DNA from: Patescibacteria group bacterium
GTDB lineage: Bacteria; Patescibacteriota; Patescibacteriia; 2-01-FULL-39-33
Assembly: GCA_041650895.1 (NCBI GenBank)
Contig: JBAZKF010000001.1
Coordinates: 765,181-829,180 of the forward strand
Direction: 5' to 3'
DNA: 64,000 nucleotides
Shown: positions 8,791 to 19,201 of the stretch, one piece after another
How the letters are laid out: the number at the start of each line of letters is the position of its first letter
Numbering within the stretch: the first letter of the stretch is position 1
The notes under the pieces: model-generated
Database searches by the model: none
What the model saw: only the letters and a program-made list of their open reading frames with translations
What the model was told of the DNA's origin: nothing
Program-made: the position numbers and the translations under genes

Positions 8791-9759
8791 ATGACGAATC
8801 AGGCTTCAGGAATTATTCCTGCAATTGGTGGAGCGGAGGTTGTGGTTTGCGCACAATTTGTAGTTGATGGGACACTCAATAATGTTCCCATGACTGGCGA
8901 AGTAACTCCATTGGAGGAGTGCCCGGATAATCCATGCCGAATGTTGCTGGATGTTACCACCTTCACTCCAGTCGAATTGACTTTCCGGCCTTGGACGGTG
9001 TTGTTGGCCGATGGCAAGGGTAACTTGGTTGAAAAACGGTCCGGCAATTGGGCTAAAGGTGATCGGGAAGTTACCGTCAATTTCAATCGGATAGTGCCGG
9101 TTAGCTGGTCGGATAAGCACGGGTGCTTCACGAGTAAATCGCAAGATAACAATCTGCATCTGGTTGGAATTGACTCGCTTGGCCGGGTTCAAATCTGGCA
9201 GGCGGCCATCGTCAGTCAGTATGGCGAATTTTTTGCCACTTTACAGAAAATTGGTGAGCATCAGGCTGTCTGGAACGGCGCCGGCGTTTATTTCCCGACT
9301 GTGGATTGGCCGCAACTGAATGACTGGTTGGCCGCTCAGTTCGTTGGTTGGCAGCAAAACGAAGACGGCATCTTGCCCGAGGAAGCACTGATGCTGAATC
9401 CGCCCCCGCCCCCGCCCTCTATCAGTTGTGTTGAGGTGGGAGAGGTAGTAAGTGACCATTCCGTGGTCTTGTTCTGGAATTTGTCTCGCGGTTTTGGCGC
9501 CATTGCAATGCCGGACGGCGAGGTGGCTCGTGTCCATTGGACACAGGTGCCGCTACGCGAGGATGGACTGGCTTATCTGAAGCGTGGGGAGTGGGTGAAG
9601 TATAATGAATTGGTTTCCGCTCAGCAGATCCAGGATACTCATGGCGAGGACCGTAAAACCAGCTTCCAATGGGAAGCGCGTGTCGTAACATTGCTTATGG
9701 AGGAGCCGAAAGAAAATATCCTTTTCCGCTATAAGTTTGCTACTGAGGCGCACGCCTGA
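8791..9759 (+). CDS. hypothetical protein with poly-Pro linker and C-terminal cold-shock-domain-like OB fold
   Basis: The C-terminus 'LFWNLSRGFGAIAMPDGEVARVHWTQV...GEWVKY' resembles CspA 'WFN..KGFGFI..DG..DVFVHFSAI'. A PPPPPPP linker precedes it. Confidence 0.45.
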   Translation: MTNQASGIIPAIGGAEVVVCAQFVVDGTLNNVPMTGEVTPLEECPDNPCRMLLDVTTFTPVELTFRPWTVLLADGKGNLVEKRSGNWAKGDREVTVNFNRIVPVSWSDKHGCFTSKSQDNNLHLVGIDSLGRVQIWQAAIVSQYGEFFATLQKIGEHQAVWNGAGVYFPTVDWPQLNDWLAAQFVGWQQNEDGILPEEALMLNPPPPPPSISCVEVGEVVSDHSVVLFWNLSRGFGAIAMPDGEVARVHWTQVPLREDGLAYLKRGEWVKYNELVSAQQIQDTHGEDRKTSFQWEARVVTLLMEEPKENILFRYKFATEAHA

Positions 9760-9794
9760 ACCACTGAATCGCATCGTTAAACCGCACATTTACC

Positions 9795-9830
9795 CCGCCG
9801 GGACTCGCAAGAGTTTCCGGCGGTTTTTTT
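9795..9830 (+). terminator. rho-independent terminator
   Basis: Stem ccgccgg/ccggcgg with an 11-nt loop, followed by TTTTTTT. Confidence 0.6.
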
Positions 9831-9914
9831 GTCCGCATTTGTCATTTTCGGCTCCATCTTGACTGCTCTGGCAGTTTGTGATATGCTTTTTGTTGACATA
9901 TCCTAAAATATTTT

Positions 9915-12797
9915 ATGCCTAAATCATTCCCTTCCAATCGCAAACAGATCAGTGTCCGTGGCGCTCGAGTCAATAACTTGAAAAACATCTCCGTGGACAT
10001 TCCCAAAGACCAATTAGTGGTTATTACCGGTTTGTCGGGATCAGGCAAATCGTCATTGGCTTTTGATACTGTTTATGCCGAAGGGCAAAGACGTTATGCC
10101 GAGTCCTTATCTTCTTATGCTAAACAGTTTTTAGATTTAATGGATAAGCCCGATGTTGATTCGATTGAGGGGCTGTCGCCGACTATTGCCATTGATCAGA
10201 AATCTTCCTCTATTAATCCTCGTTCTACTGTCGGTACAGTAACGGAGATTTACGATTATTTGCGTTTGCTTTACGCCAAGGTCGGCGTGGTGCATTGCCA
10301 TAAGTGCGGCGAACCCTTAACCCGTCAAACCCCTGGCCAGATTTTGGAACGTTTATCCAAATTGCCGGAAGGCAATCGCATTTCCCTATTGTCGCCAGTG
10401 GTAATCAATAAGAAAGGTAATCATACCAAAATTATTGATAACCTTCTGCGCGTCAATCATGAAATTTTTCGTATTGACGGCAGTTTTTACCAAGCGCATG
10501 AAATCTCCGGCGGTAAGCTGTCTTTAGACAAGGATTTATCGCATACTATTGAGGTACAACTTGATAATTTGCCTATCACTAAAGAGATTAAAGCCCAGGA
10601 TGATAAGGATGTATCATTCCAGCGCCTGAACAAGGCCTTGCTTTTGGCTTTGGATTTAAGTAACGGCTTTGTAAATATTATCGTTTCTTCCGCTCAGGCC
10701 TCCGGTGAAAATCAAGAGATTCCTTTTAATCTTTATTATTTTTGCGCTAAATGCCAATTGAGCATTCCTGAGGTAGAACCAAGATCTTTTTCTTTTAATT
10801 CGCCTTTTGGCGCTTGTCCGTCTTGCCGCGGCTTGGGGGTTAAGTTGAATCCTGATCGCGATTTGATCATACCCAACAAGCGTTTGACTTTAGCCGAAGG
10901 CGCCATTAAGCCCTGGTCGCGTAATTTTGCCAGCCAGAATTCCAATATGAAATTATTGGAGGCGGTCGCTGAAGCCCACGATTTTTCTTTGAATGTGCCG
11001 GTGGCAGAGTTGCCGGAAAAAATTGTTGATTTGATTTTTGGAGGCGACGGCCGGGAATATTCCATTGACGGCAAACCATTATTGTTTGACGGTGTCTTGA
11101 AATTTTTGGATGATAAATATAATGACACTAAATCGGAATACCTGCAGAAAACGCTGGAAGATTATATGCGCGTATCTACTTGTCCCACTTGTCATGGCAC
11201 CAGGCTTCGGCCGGAAAGCCTAGCTGTTAAAGTGGAAGGCAAGAATATTTCCCAGGTGACTAATTTATCTTTGACTGATTTGGAAGAATTTTTTTCTGGT
11301 TTCACTAAGAGATGGGAGGATAGGCGCGAAGGCAAGATAGCCAAGCAATTGATTCGCGAGGCGTTGAAAAAATTGTCATTCCTAAAAAACGTCGGTTTGG
11401 AATATTTGACTTTATCGCGCGCCGCCAATACCTTGGCCGGCGGTGAAGCTCAGCGTATTCGTCTGGCCGTGCAAATCGGTTCCGGTTTGGAATCAGTGAC
11501 TTACGTGCTGGATGAGCCGTCTATCGGCTTGCATCCGCGCAATACGGAAAAGTTGATCAATACTTTAAAGACCTTGCGTGATAAAGGTAATTCGGTGATT
11601 GTCGTAGAACATGATGAACAGATTATGGAGGCTTCCGATTGGCTGATTGACATCGGCCCGGGCGCTGGCGCTTTAGGTGGGGAAGTGGTGGCCGAAGGCA
11701 CGATTAGTCAAGTGAAGAAAAATAAAAAATCATTAACCGGGCAGTATTTGGCTGGTGTCAGGCGTATTGAAGCCAAGAGCCAGTTGCGCGAAGGCAATGG
11801 CAAGTTTATTGAAATCATCGGCGCCAAAGAATTTAATTTGAAGAATATTACCGCTAAGATACCGCTGGGTAAATTAGTGGTGATTACCGGCGTATCCGGC
11901 AGCGGCAAATCAACTTTAATGAATGAGATTCTGGCTAAAGCCTTATCTAACAGATTTTATCGCACCAAAGATTTACCAGGTCAGCATAAAGAAATCAAAG
12001 GATTGGAGAATCTGGATAAAGTGATTGACATTAATCAGTCGCCTATCGGCCGGACGCCACGTTCCAATCCCGCGACTTATACCGGCGTGTTCACTTATAT
12101 TCGCGATTTATTTTCTGAATTGCCTGAAGCTAAGATGCGCGGATTTAAACAGGGCCACTTTTCTTTTAATGTTAAAGGCGGAGGTCGCTGTGAGACTTGC
12201 GGCGGGGATGGCATGGTTAAGATTGAAATGCAATTTTTACCTGATGTCTATGTGGAGTGTGAGGAATGCCACGGCCAGCGCTACAATCATGACGCCTTGG
12301 AAATTTATTATAAAGGTAAGAATATTGCCGATGTTTTAGCTATGTCAGTGACCGAGGCTAAGAAATTTTTCTCCGGCCATGATCAGATTATTGATAAACT
12401 TGATATCCTTGATCAAGTCGGTTTGGGTTACCTCAAGTTGGGGCAGCCTGCCACCACTTTGTCCGGTGGTGAAGCGCAACGTGTTAAGTTGGCGACGGAA
12501 TTATCCCGCCGTCCGACCGGTAAGACCCTGTATATCCTGGATGAGCCGACCACGGGTTTGCATTTTGAGGATATTAAACGCTTATTGCATGTTTTGAATC
12601 GTTTGGCCGACAAGGATAATTCAGTGCTGATCATTGAACATAATCTTGAGGTGATAAAGTCAGCTGATTGGGTAATTGATTTGGGTCCGGAAGGCGGGGA
12701 AAAAGGCGGTTATGTGGTAGCTAGTGGCACACCTTATGAGGTGGCGAAAGTCAAGGAGAGTTATACCGGCCAATACTTGAAAAAAATATTGAAATAA
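9915..12797 (+). CDS. uvrA: excinuclease ABC subunit A
   Basis: 960 aa. It starts '[56 protein letters not shown]', with tandem ABC Walker/signature motifs and Zn-finger cysteines. Confidence 0.95.
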   Translation: MPKSFPSNRKQISVRGARVNNLKNISVDIPKDQLVVITGLSGSGKSSLAFDTVYAEGQRRYAESLSSYAKQFLDLMDKPDVDSIEGLSPTIAIDQKSSSINPRSTVGTVTEIYDYLRLLYAKVGVVHCHKCGEPLTRQTPGQILERLSKLPEGNRISLLSPVVINKKGNHTKIIDNLLRVNHEIFRIDGSFYQAHEISGGKLSLDKDLSHTIEVQLDNLPITKEIKAQDDKDVSFQRLNKALLLALDLSNGFVNIIVSSAQASGENQEIPFNLYYFCAKCQLSIPEVEPRSFSFNSPFGACPSCRGLGVKLNPDRDLIIPNKRLTLAEGAIKPWSRNFASQNSNMKLLEAVAEAHDFSLNVPVAELPEKIVDLIFGGDGREYSIDGKPLLFDGVLKFLDDKYNDTKSEYLQKTLEDYMRVSTCPTCHGTRLRPESLAVKVEGKNISQVTNLSLTDLEEFFSGFTKRWEDRREGKIAKQLIREALKKLSFLKNVGLEYLTLSRAANTLAGGEAQRIRLAVQIGSGLESVTYVLDEPSIGLHPRNTEKLINTLKTLRDKGNSVIVVEHDEQIMEASDWLIDIGPGAGALGGEVVAEGTISQVKKNKKSLTGQYLAGVRRIEAKSQLREGNGKFIEIIGAKEFNLKNITAKIPLGKLVVITGVSGSGKSTLMNEILAKALSNRFYRTKDLPGQHKEIKGLENLDKVIDINQSPIGRTPRSNPATYTGVFTYIRDLFSELPEAKMRGFKQGHFSFNVKGGGRCETCGGDGMVKIEMQFLPDVYVECEECHGQRYNHDALEIYYKGKNIADVLAMSVTEAKKFFSGHDQIIDKLDILDQVGLGYLKLGQPATTLSGGEAQRVKLATELSRRPTGKTLYILDEPTTGLHFEDIKRLLHVLNRLADKDNSVLIIEHNLEVIKSADWVIDLGPEGGEKGGYVVASGTPYEVAKVKESYTGQYLKKILK

Positions 12798-12888
12798 TTC
12801 GATTATAAATCAGTTTTTAGTTTTAGGAACTTCGGGAAGATGAGTTATGATTCCGTTTGGCACGGTTGTAAAAGAAGAGTCCACTGGA

Positions 12889-12913
12889 ACCGTCCCCTTT
12901 GGGGCGGTTTTTG
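12889..12913 (+). terminator. rho-independent terminator of uvrA
   Basis: Stem ccgtcccc/ggggcgg followed by TTTTT. Confidence 0.5.
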
Positions 12914-12952
12914 TAAAATAAAAAATCCTCGTGAGTTAATGATTCGCGAGGA
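12914..12952 (-). terminator. rho-independent terminator for the minus-strand ankyrin gene
   Basis: On the minus strand the stem tcctcgtg/cgcgagga is followed by a U-run (A-run 12914-12925 on the plus strand). Confidence 0.5.
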
Positions 12953-12996
12953 CGGAAAAAGTACTAAGGTAAAATAGTTGTGCCGGTTATTAATAA

Positions 12997-13749
12997 TCAG
13001 CCGGGCAGTGGATAGGTATTCTGGGTGATTGTCGGGCTACCCGTTTTAACGTTAGCTGTCCGAAAAACGCTTTTTTCAATCAGTCTTAGTTCGTCAGGAG
13101 TAATACCCTGATTTTTCATTAAAATTCTGATTACCGGGATGTGGGCTCGAGCTACTGCGCAGTGGATGGCCGACATGCCGTTGGCATTGATTATTTCGGC
13201 ATCGGCGTTGTCGTCAAGCAGTTGTTGAACAATTTTGGCATGGCCTTTGGAAGCGGCGAAAATCAAGGCGGTGGAATTATTGCGGTCTGTAAAATTAACA
13301 TTGGCTTTGTGTCGCAGTAACAGTTCGGTTATTTTTTCGTAGCCAATCCAAGACGCGATCATCAGCGGTGACGTCCAGAAATCGTCAGTCGGTTGAAAGT
13401 TGGGGTCGGCGTTAAGCTGTAGCAATTCCTTGACGATTTCTAACCGCTCGTCTTCCTCGCTCCGCTTGGCGAAGTTGCTGGTCAACATTAAGCCGCAAGC
13501 AGCGGTAAGCGGGGTTAAGGCTTTAAGATCTGTTGTCGGATGTTCTTTGACACTGTAAGCGTTAAAATCAAGTCGGAGCGGATATTGGCGAGTGGAACAG
13601 TAATCCGCTAAGTGTTTTAGACTGTCCCTGCTAATGCCCCAAGCGCAAAGTTCTAATAATGCATAGCGAGTAGCCTTTTCGTGTTTATGTAAGTGGCCAG
13701 ATTCCTGCCCATCAGCACTACCGTTTGTCTTATCAGTACTGTTAGTCAT
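12997..13749 (-). CDS. ankyrin-repeat protein
   Basis: Several 33-aa ANK repeats, e.g. 'TALIFAASKGHAKIVQQLLDDNADAEIINANGMSAIHCAVARAHIPVIRILM'. A perfect SD (AAGGAGTG) precedes the ATG. Confidence 0.8.
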   Translation of the reverse strand: MTNSTDKTNGSADGQESGHLHKHEKATRYALLELCAWGISRDSLKHLADYCSTRQYPLRLDFNAYSVKEHPTTDLKALTPLTAACGLMLTSNFAKRSEEDERLEIVKELLQLNADPNFQPTDDFWTSPLMIASWIGYEKITELLLRHKANVNFTDRNNSTALIFAASKGHAKIVQQLLDDNADAEIINANGMSAIHCAVARAHIPVIRILMKNQGITPDELRLIEKSVFRTANVKTGSPTITQNTYPLPG

Positions 13750-13984
13750 TTGTCACTCCTTCTTGGTTGGTTTTTTATTTTCGGATAATGTTATGGAATT
13801 ACGATGTTTCTAACTTAAAACAATCTTCTATTTGGTTTTTTATCAAAATGTCAACGTTCTATCGTTAATAAATCATTATAGCAAAGTTTGGCCAGAATGT
13901 CAATATCTCTGATTGGTAAAGATGGCTGTTGAAAAAGGCCTTAGTTTATGGTAATCTTTAAATATCTAAATTAAAGCGTTTTTT

Positions 13985-16849
13985 ATGGCTTCATACAAAG
14001 AATTCGTCGTTTCAGGCGGAGAAAAAAAATGGCAAGACAAGTGGTTGAACACCAAAATTGATCAAGCCGAAGACTTCAGCGTCAAGCCTAAAAAGTATGT
14101 TTTGGATATGTTTCCTTATCCGTCGGGAGCCGGACTCCATGTCGGTCATCCCGAGGGGTACACGGCAACTGACATTTATTCCCGTTACTTGCGTTTAAGG
14201 GGTTTTAATGTTTTACATCCTATGGGTTGGGATGCTTTCGGTTTGCCGGCGGAAAATTACGCCATAAAGACGGGTACTCATCCGCGCATTACTACTGAAG
14301 CCAACGTAACTACTTTTAGGCGTCAGATTCGGAGTTTGGGTTTTTCTTATGATTGGGACAGGGAAGTGGATACGACTGATCCTAAATATTATAAATGGAC
14401 ACAGTGGATATTTTTGCAATTATTTAAAAAGGGTTTGGCTTATGAGGCTACGGTGCCGATTAATTTTTGTCCGTCCTGCAAGACCGGCTTGGCCAATGAA
14501 GAAGTTAAAGACGGCAAATGTGACCGTTGCGGCACAACAGTGGAGAAAAAAGATTTACGTCAATGGATGTTGAAGATTACCGCCTACGCCGATAGATTAT
14601 TGGAAGGGATTAATGAATTGGATTGGCCGGAGTCAATCAAAGCCTTGCAGAGAAATTGGATTGGCCGAAGCGAGGGTGCGGAAGTTGATTTTAAAATTAG
14701 TAATAGTGAAGAACAAATTAGAGTTTATACTACGCGTCCCGATACTTTATTTGGTGCTACCTATATGGTTTTAGCGCCAGAGCATAAATTAGTTCAAGAG
14801 TTGAAAGACAAAATTAGTAATTTCTCTGAGGTTGAAGATTATATTAAGGAAGCGAAAAATAAATCAGATTTGGAAAGAACAGAATTAAATAAAAACAAAA
14901 CTGGTGTGGAATTAAGGGGGGTGAAGGCGGTTAATCCAGTCAATAACACTGAAATTCCGATTTGGATTTCTGATTATGTTTTGGCGACCTATGGCACCGG
15001 TGCGATCATGGCTGTGCCGGCGCACGATGAACGTGACTTTGAGTTTGCTAAAAAGTTTGATTTGCCGATTATTGAAGTGATTGTCCCGGAAAGAGTTGAC
15101 AAAAGGAATCCACCGGTAGACGGCAAGGAAAAGATAGAACGAAAAAATGTCCAAGTCGTTGTTCGCAATCCCAAGACAGGCAAAATCCTTTGCCTTCACT
15201 CAAAAAAATATAATTGGGTTACTTTTCCCATGGGAGGGATCGGTGAAAATGAAGGGTTGCTTGAAGCCGCTAAGCGGGAAGTGCTGGAGGAAACCGGTTA
15301 TAAGCATTTGACCAACGGTAAGGTCTTGGGCGGGCAGGTGCGCGCTGAGTATTTTGCTAATCATAAAAATGTTAATCGTGTTTCTTTCACTAATTTGGTG
15401 CAGTTTGATTTGGTTGATGACAAACAAGATGAGATAGCGGAAGAAGAAAAAGAAGCGCAGAATGAAATCTTATGGTTGGAACCGGAAAAACTGACTAATG
15501 AATTCATGGTGCATGCGGAAATGGATATTTGGCAGGAACGTATCAGAAAAGGCGATATGGCCTATACCGATGTTGACAACGGTATCATGATTAATTCCGG
15601 ATTTCTTAATGGCTTAGTGCCGGCAGAAGCTATTGGTAAGATGGCTGATTGGTTGGAAAAACAGGGTGTTGGTAAAAAAGCGGTTAATTATAAATTACGC
15701 GATTGGGTGTTCTCGCGTCAGCGTTATTGGGGTGAGCCGATTCCTTTAGTGCACTGCGGGAAATGCGGAATTGTACCTATGGCTGAGAAAGATCTACCTT
15801 TGGTTTTGCCGGAAGTGGAGAAATACGAGCCGACGGGAACTGGTGAGTCGCCACTGGCAACTATTGATGAATGGGTGAATACGATTTGCCCGAAATGCGG
15901 CGGTCCGGCTAAACGCGAAACCAATACAATGCCACAATGGGCTGGTTCATCTTGGTATTGGCTCAGGTACATTGATCCGCATAATAATAAAGTTTTTGCC
16001 GACCAGAAGAAATTAAAATATTGGTTGCCAGTCGATCTATATTTGGGCGGAGCCGAGCATGCGGTTTTGCATTTGCTTTATGCCAGATTTTGGAATATGG
16101 CTTTATTTGATATTGGCGTGATGCCTTTTGAAGAGCCATTTACCAAACTAATTAATCAAGGTTTGATTTTGGGCGAGGACGGTGAGAAAATGTCTAAATC
16201 CCGAGGCAATGTGGTTAACCCCGATGACATCTTAAAAGAATATGGCGCTGATACCTTCCGTCTGTATGAAATGTTCATAGGTCCTTTGGAAGATACGAAG
16301 CCCTGGAGCACTAAGAATATTCTAGGCGTACATCGGTTTTTAAATAAAGTGTGGGATATCGGTCAGCAAACTTTAGGTAGGGAAGAAAATAGCGAGGTAG
16401 AGATTTTGCTTAATAAAACCATTAAGAAAGTCGGCGATGATATTGAGGTGATGAGTTATAATACCGCCATCTCGTCCATGATGGTGCTAATAAATAAGGT
16501 TCAAGAAGTAAAAACTGCCAGTCAGGAACAGTGGGAGAAATTTCTAATTATTCTTTCTCCTTTTGCACCGCACTTGACGGAGGAATTGTGGGAAAAACTT
16601 GGCCATACAGCTAGTATTTTTAAAGAGTCGTGGCCGCAGTATGATCCGGCCAAAGTTATTGACACCGAAAAGGAAATCCCAGTTCAGGTTAATGGTAAGG
16701 TTAGAGCCAAATTGGTTTTGCCGACAAATGTAACAGAAGAGACGGCCAAAGCCGCGGCCTTAGCCGATGATAATGTAAAGAAATATTTGACCGGCGAGCC
16801 GAAGAAAGTAATCTTCGTTAAAGGTAGAATGATCAGTATCGTGGTTTAA
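13985..16849 (+). CDS. leuS: leucyl-tRNA synthetase with an inserted Nudix hydrolase domain
   Basis: HIGH motif 'HVGHPEGY', KMSKS 'KMSKSRGN', editing-domain end '[19 protein letters not shown]' and Zn knuckles. The Nudix box '[23 protein letters not shown]' lies inside an insert of about 150 aa (nt ~15100-15560). Confidence 0.95.
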   Translation: MASYKEFVVSGGEKKWQDKWLNTKIDQAEDFSVKPKKYVLDMFPYPSGAGLHVGHPEGYTATDIYSRYLRLRGFNVLHPMGWDAFGLPAENYAIKTGTHPRITTEANVTTFRRQIRSLGFSYDWDREVDTTDPKYYKWTQWIFLQLFKKGLAYEATVPINFCPSCKTGLANEEVKDGKCDRCGTTVEKKDLRQWMLKITAYADRLLEGINELDWPESIKALQRNWIGRSEGAEVDFKISNSEEQIRVYTTRPDTLFGATYMVLAPEHKLVQELKDKISNFSEVEDYIKEAKNKSDLERTELNKNKTGVELRGVKAVNPVNNTEIPIWISDYVLATYGTGAIMAVPAHDERDFEFAKKFDLPIIEVIVPERVDKRNPPVDGKEKIERKNVQVVVRNPKTGKILCLHSKKYNWVTFPMGGIGENEGLLEAAKREVLEETGYKHLTNGKVLGGQVRAEYFANHKNVNRVSFTNLVQFDLVDDKQDEIAEEEKEAQNEILWLEPEKLTNEFMVHAEMDIWQERIRKGDMAYTDVDNGIMINSGFLNGLVPAEAIGKMADWLEKQGVGKKAVNYKLRDWVFSRQRYWGEPIPLVHCGKCGIVPMAEKDLPLVLPEVEKYEPTGTGESPLATIDEWVNTICPKCGGPAKRETNTMPQWAGSSWYWLRYIDPHNNKVFADQKKLKYWLPVDLYLGGAEHAVLHLLYARFWNMALFDIGVMPFEEPFTKLINQGLILGEDGEKMSKSRGNVVNPDDILKEYGADTFRLYEMFIGPLEDTKPWSTKNILGVHRFLNKVWDIGQQTLGREENSEVEILLNKTIKKVGDDIEVMSYNTAISSMMVLINKVQEVKTASQEQWEKFLIILSPFAPHLTEELWEKLGHTASIFKESWPQYDPAKVIDTEKEIPVQVNGKVRAKLVLPTNVTEETAKAAALADDNVKKYLTGEPKKVIFVKGRMISIVV

Positions 16850-16865
16850 ATTTTAAATAAATTAT

Positions 16866-16897
16866 AAAAGACGAGGTTTTGATGCCTCGTCTTTTTA
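16866..16897. terminator. bidirectional rho-independent terminator (leuS / convergent minus-strand gene)
   Basis: Stem aaaagacgagg/cctcgtctttt with an 8-nt loop. U-runs are present on both strands. Confidence 0.65.
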
Positions 16898-16899
16898 AT

Positions 16900-18627
16900 T
16901 TAAAAAGTTACGATTTCAACCGTATCGCCTGATTTCAGTTTAACTTTTTCAAAGTCAGCTGAATCTACGACTTGGCCATGGAAAACAACTGTAATATCTT
17001 CTGGCTGGTTGTTCTCCCTAGCTAACAATTCTTTGATTGTTATTTCGCTAAAGACTATCCGTTTATATCCCTGGCGCGGAATAATAGTTACTGAATGAGT
17101 TTCAAAGAGTTGCTTGACCAGTTCAAATAATTCAGTTACGGCTTGGCAAGCTTCCTCTCGGATAAATTCCTGTTTTCGGGATAGCGTACCGATTCCAGTG
17201 ATCAATTTGGAAAACTTAAGAGCCATTTCGTCCTTGGTTTTATCCGGATGGACTAATTGTTGCCACTTTCGATAGCCGGCAGTAAGTTCTTCAGGTAGAG
17301 GATTCTTTTTGCCGCAGAGTATCAGCGACAAGACACCGCGCGCGTAAGGGTCATAATCAGCGAGTTGACGAAAATCAATAGAGTTAGAAAGATAGATCTT
17401 TTCTAAGCGGTCAAGTGGTTCTAGAGTTGAAAAGTCTTCTTCCCTCGCGATTAACTCAACTGGTTTGCTGGGTTTTGTATTAGTTATGTTTGGCTTACCA
17501 GCTTGAGGTTTAGGAATATTATCAGCCTGAGTTTCTTTCTTAAACCTCTGCTCAAAGAAAAATTCTATTTCCAAACTTTCAAATATTTTACTGTTGGCTT
17601 GGGCTAGTTTATTGACTCCATTAGTAATTGTCTTTTTTAATTCAGGATGTTTTTTTATACAAGCCATTAAAATGTTGCCAAATATGTTTAACCGCTCATC
17701 CTTAACTCGTTGCGGAGTCTTGAATGGTTTGAGTGATTTTTTTGCCTCTTTGCTGTCAGTAATGGCATAGAGCGGTATTTTATCATCTATAATATGACAG
17801 AGAGCAGTAAAAAGTTGGCCTAAAGCCTCAACCTCTTTGTTGTTTTTCTGAGAAGTTGATAAACCCTCAAAAATATCGAAACCACTTTTTACCAAATGAT
17901 CAATATTGGTAGCAATTGATTCTGGGTTAGAGATATGTCCAGGATACTGTGGCTTAAAAATCTGTTTGGTGATTTTAGCATCTGGCTGAGTCGGACCGGT
18001 CAAAAGCAATTGTCCGGATTGGTGTTCCAATTGTAATTGCAATCTTCCTGTTTCTTCATTGTGGCCGATAAGCGTAACGGTTTTTCCGGTTATGACTTGA
18101 GCAATTTTTATTAATCCGGCCGGCTGGGTTGTCTGATCGATTTTTTGCGCTAAAAGCTTGTCAAAATCAAACAAGACAATAACTAGCTTTTCTCGAATAT
18201 TGGGATATTCCCTTAAACACAATTCAAATAATAGCGATTCCAGAATTTTAATAATTATTTGTTGTCCGTGTATTTCTGATTGGGTAATCAAGAAAAAATT
18301 ATTACGCAGGCGTCGGAATAAGTCTAGAGCTTGTTGCTGGTTTTCTTGATGCAATGACCAATTGATGTTTTCTAGTAGATATGAAACATAGCCATCTCGA
18401 GTCAGGCGAGAAAATTTACTCGCTAAACTAGTTTGCTTTTTTTTGACACGAGCAATATTAATACTTTCAATTGTCATTTCGAAAAAGTTTTTTTGCGCTT
18501 TACACAATAATTCTTGATTATTAAATCTAGCCTCATCTTCGTCGTTAATTGTTCGTAAGGGGTCAGTCCGATTATTATTAGCGATCGGATTTTTCCCAAT
18601 GAATAAGCCGTCTCCGCGGTTGTTCAT
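16900..18627 (-). CDS. J-domain (DnaJ-like, HPD motif) protein with a large unknown N-terminal region and a beta-grasp-like C-terminus
   Basis: 'DYDPYARGVLSL...ELTAGYRKWQQLVHPDKTKDEMALKFSKL' fits the J-domain helices II-III with HPD. SD GGAGGATT is upstream. Confidence 0.55.
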   Translation of the reverse strand: MNNRGDGLFIGKNPIANNNRTDPLRTINDEDEARFNNQELLCKAQKNFFEMTIESINIARVKKKQTSLASKFSRLTRDGYVSYLLENINWSLHQENQQQALDLFRRLRNNFFLITQSEIHGQQIIIKILESLLFELCLREYPNIREKLVIVLFDFDKLLAQKIDQTTQPAGLIKIAQVITGKTVTLIGHNEETGRLQLQLEHQSGQLLLTGPTQPDAKITKQIFKPQYPGHISNPESIATNIDHLVKSGFDIFEGLSTSQKNNKEVEALGQLFTALCHIIDDKIPLYAITDSKEAKKSLKPFKTPQRVKDERLNIFGNILMACIKKHPELKKTITNGVNKLAQANSKIFESLEIEFFFEQRFKKETQADNIPKPQAGKPNITNTKPSKPVELIAREEDFSTLEPLDRLEKIYLSNSIDFRQLADYDPYARGVLSLILCGKKNPLPEELTAGYRKWQQLVHPDKTKDEMALKFSKLITGIGTLSRKQEFIREEACQAVTELFELVKQLFETHSVTIIPRQGYKRIVFSEITIKELLARENNQPEDITVVFHGQVVDSADFEKVKLKSGDTVEIVTF

Positions 18628-18868
18628 TACGTAATCCTCCGTTTTTTTGTAAAGAACTAATCATTTGACCCTATCATTTTTCATTATTTTTGTCAAATAA
18701 TTATTATCAATAAAAAGAGTACTCATTTTGAGCGCTATTAAAGTTGATGGTAGTAGTTGTTACAGATTAAATCCTATCGAATGTAACAGATTTTTATCGG
18801 CGGATGGTAATTTTTTTTAAATTCTTACTTAGTTAAATTTTCGTACGGCTTTGTTTTTTTGTACCAAT

Positions 18869-18900
18869 TGTCGGCATTTTTAACTGTCGGCATTTTTGAC
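18869..18900. repeat. tandem 16-nt direct repeat TGTCGGCATTTTT(A/G)AC x2 in divergent promoter region
   Basis: The two copies are 18869-18884 and 18885-18900, 15/16 identical. Confidence 0.5.
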
Positions 18901-19155
18901 GTTCTTCAATCTTTTTTGTTTTTCTGATTCGAGGAGTATAGATCTTAAAAAATAAAGAATGAATTCTAATTAAAATCATCGCCACCATTGGTTGTCATTT
19001 TTTTCAGATTTAGTGATCCCAACTTACAAAACCTGATAGTTTGATTATTTAGAATATAACGGAAAACCGCTTTTCTTCTAAAAAAGGCGGTTTTTTAAAA
19101 ATAAGTTTTGATTATTAATAAGATTAAACAATATTTGGAGTAATTATTGTTTTTA

Positions 19156-19164
19156 TGTTATAAT
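19156..19164 (+). promoter_or_regulatory. extended -10 promoter element TGTTATAAT upstream of the giant LVIVD gene
   Basis: TGnTATAAT lies about 40 nt upstream of the ATG at 19202. Confidence 0.4.
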
Positions 19165-19201
19165 AATAATAATTAAGAGTTAATAAAGTTGTCTTATTTC
19201 A

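Noticed and set aside
12843-12983. 46-aa ORF between uvrA and the ankyrin gene
   Set aside because: It spans two convergent terminator hairpins and is almost certainly non-coding.
13750-13984. Possible T-box leader upstream of leuS (and hisS at 32120-32186)
   Set aside because: There is no T-box consensus (AATTAGGGTGGNACCGCG) or specifier/antiterminator architecture, and the spacers are too short or lack the motif.
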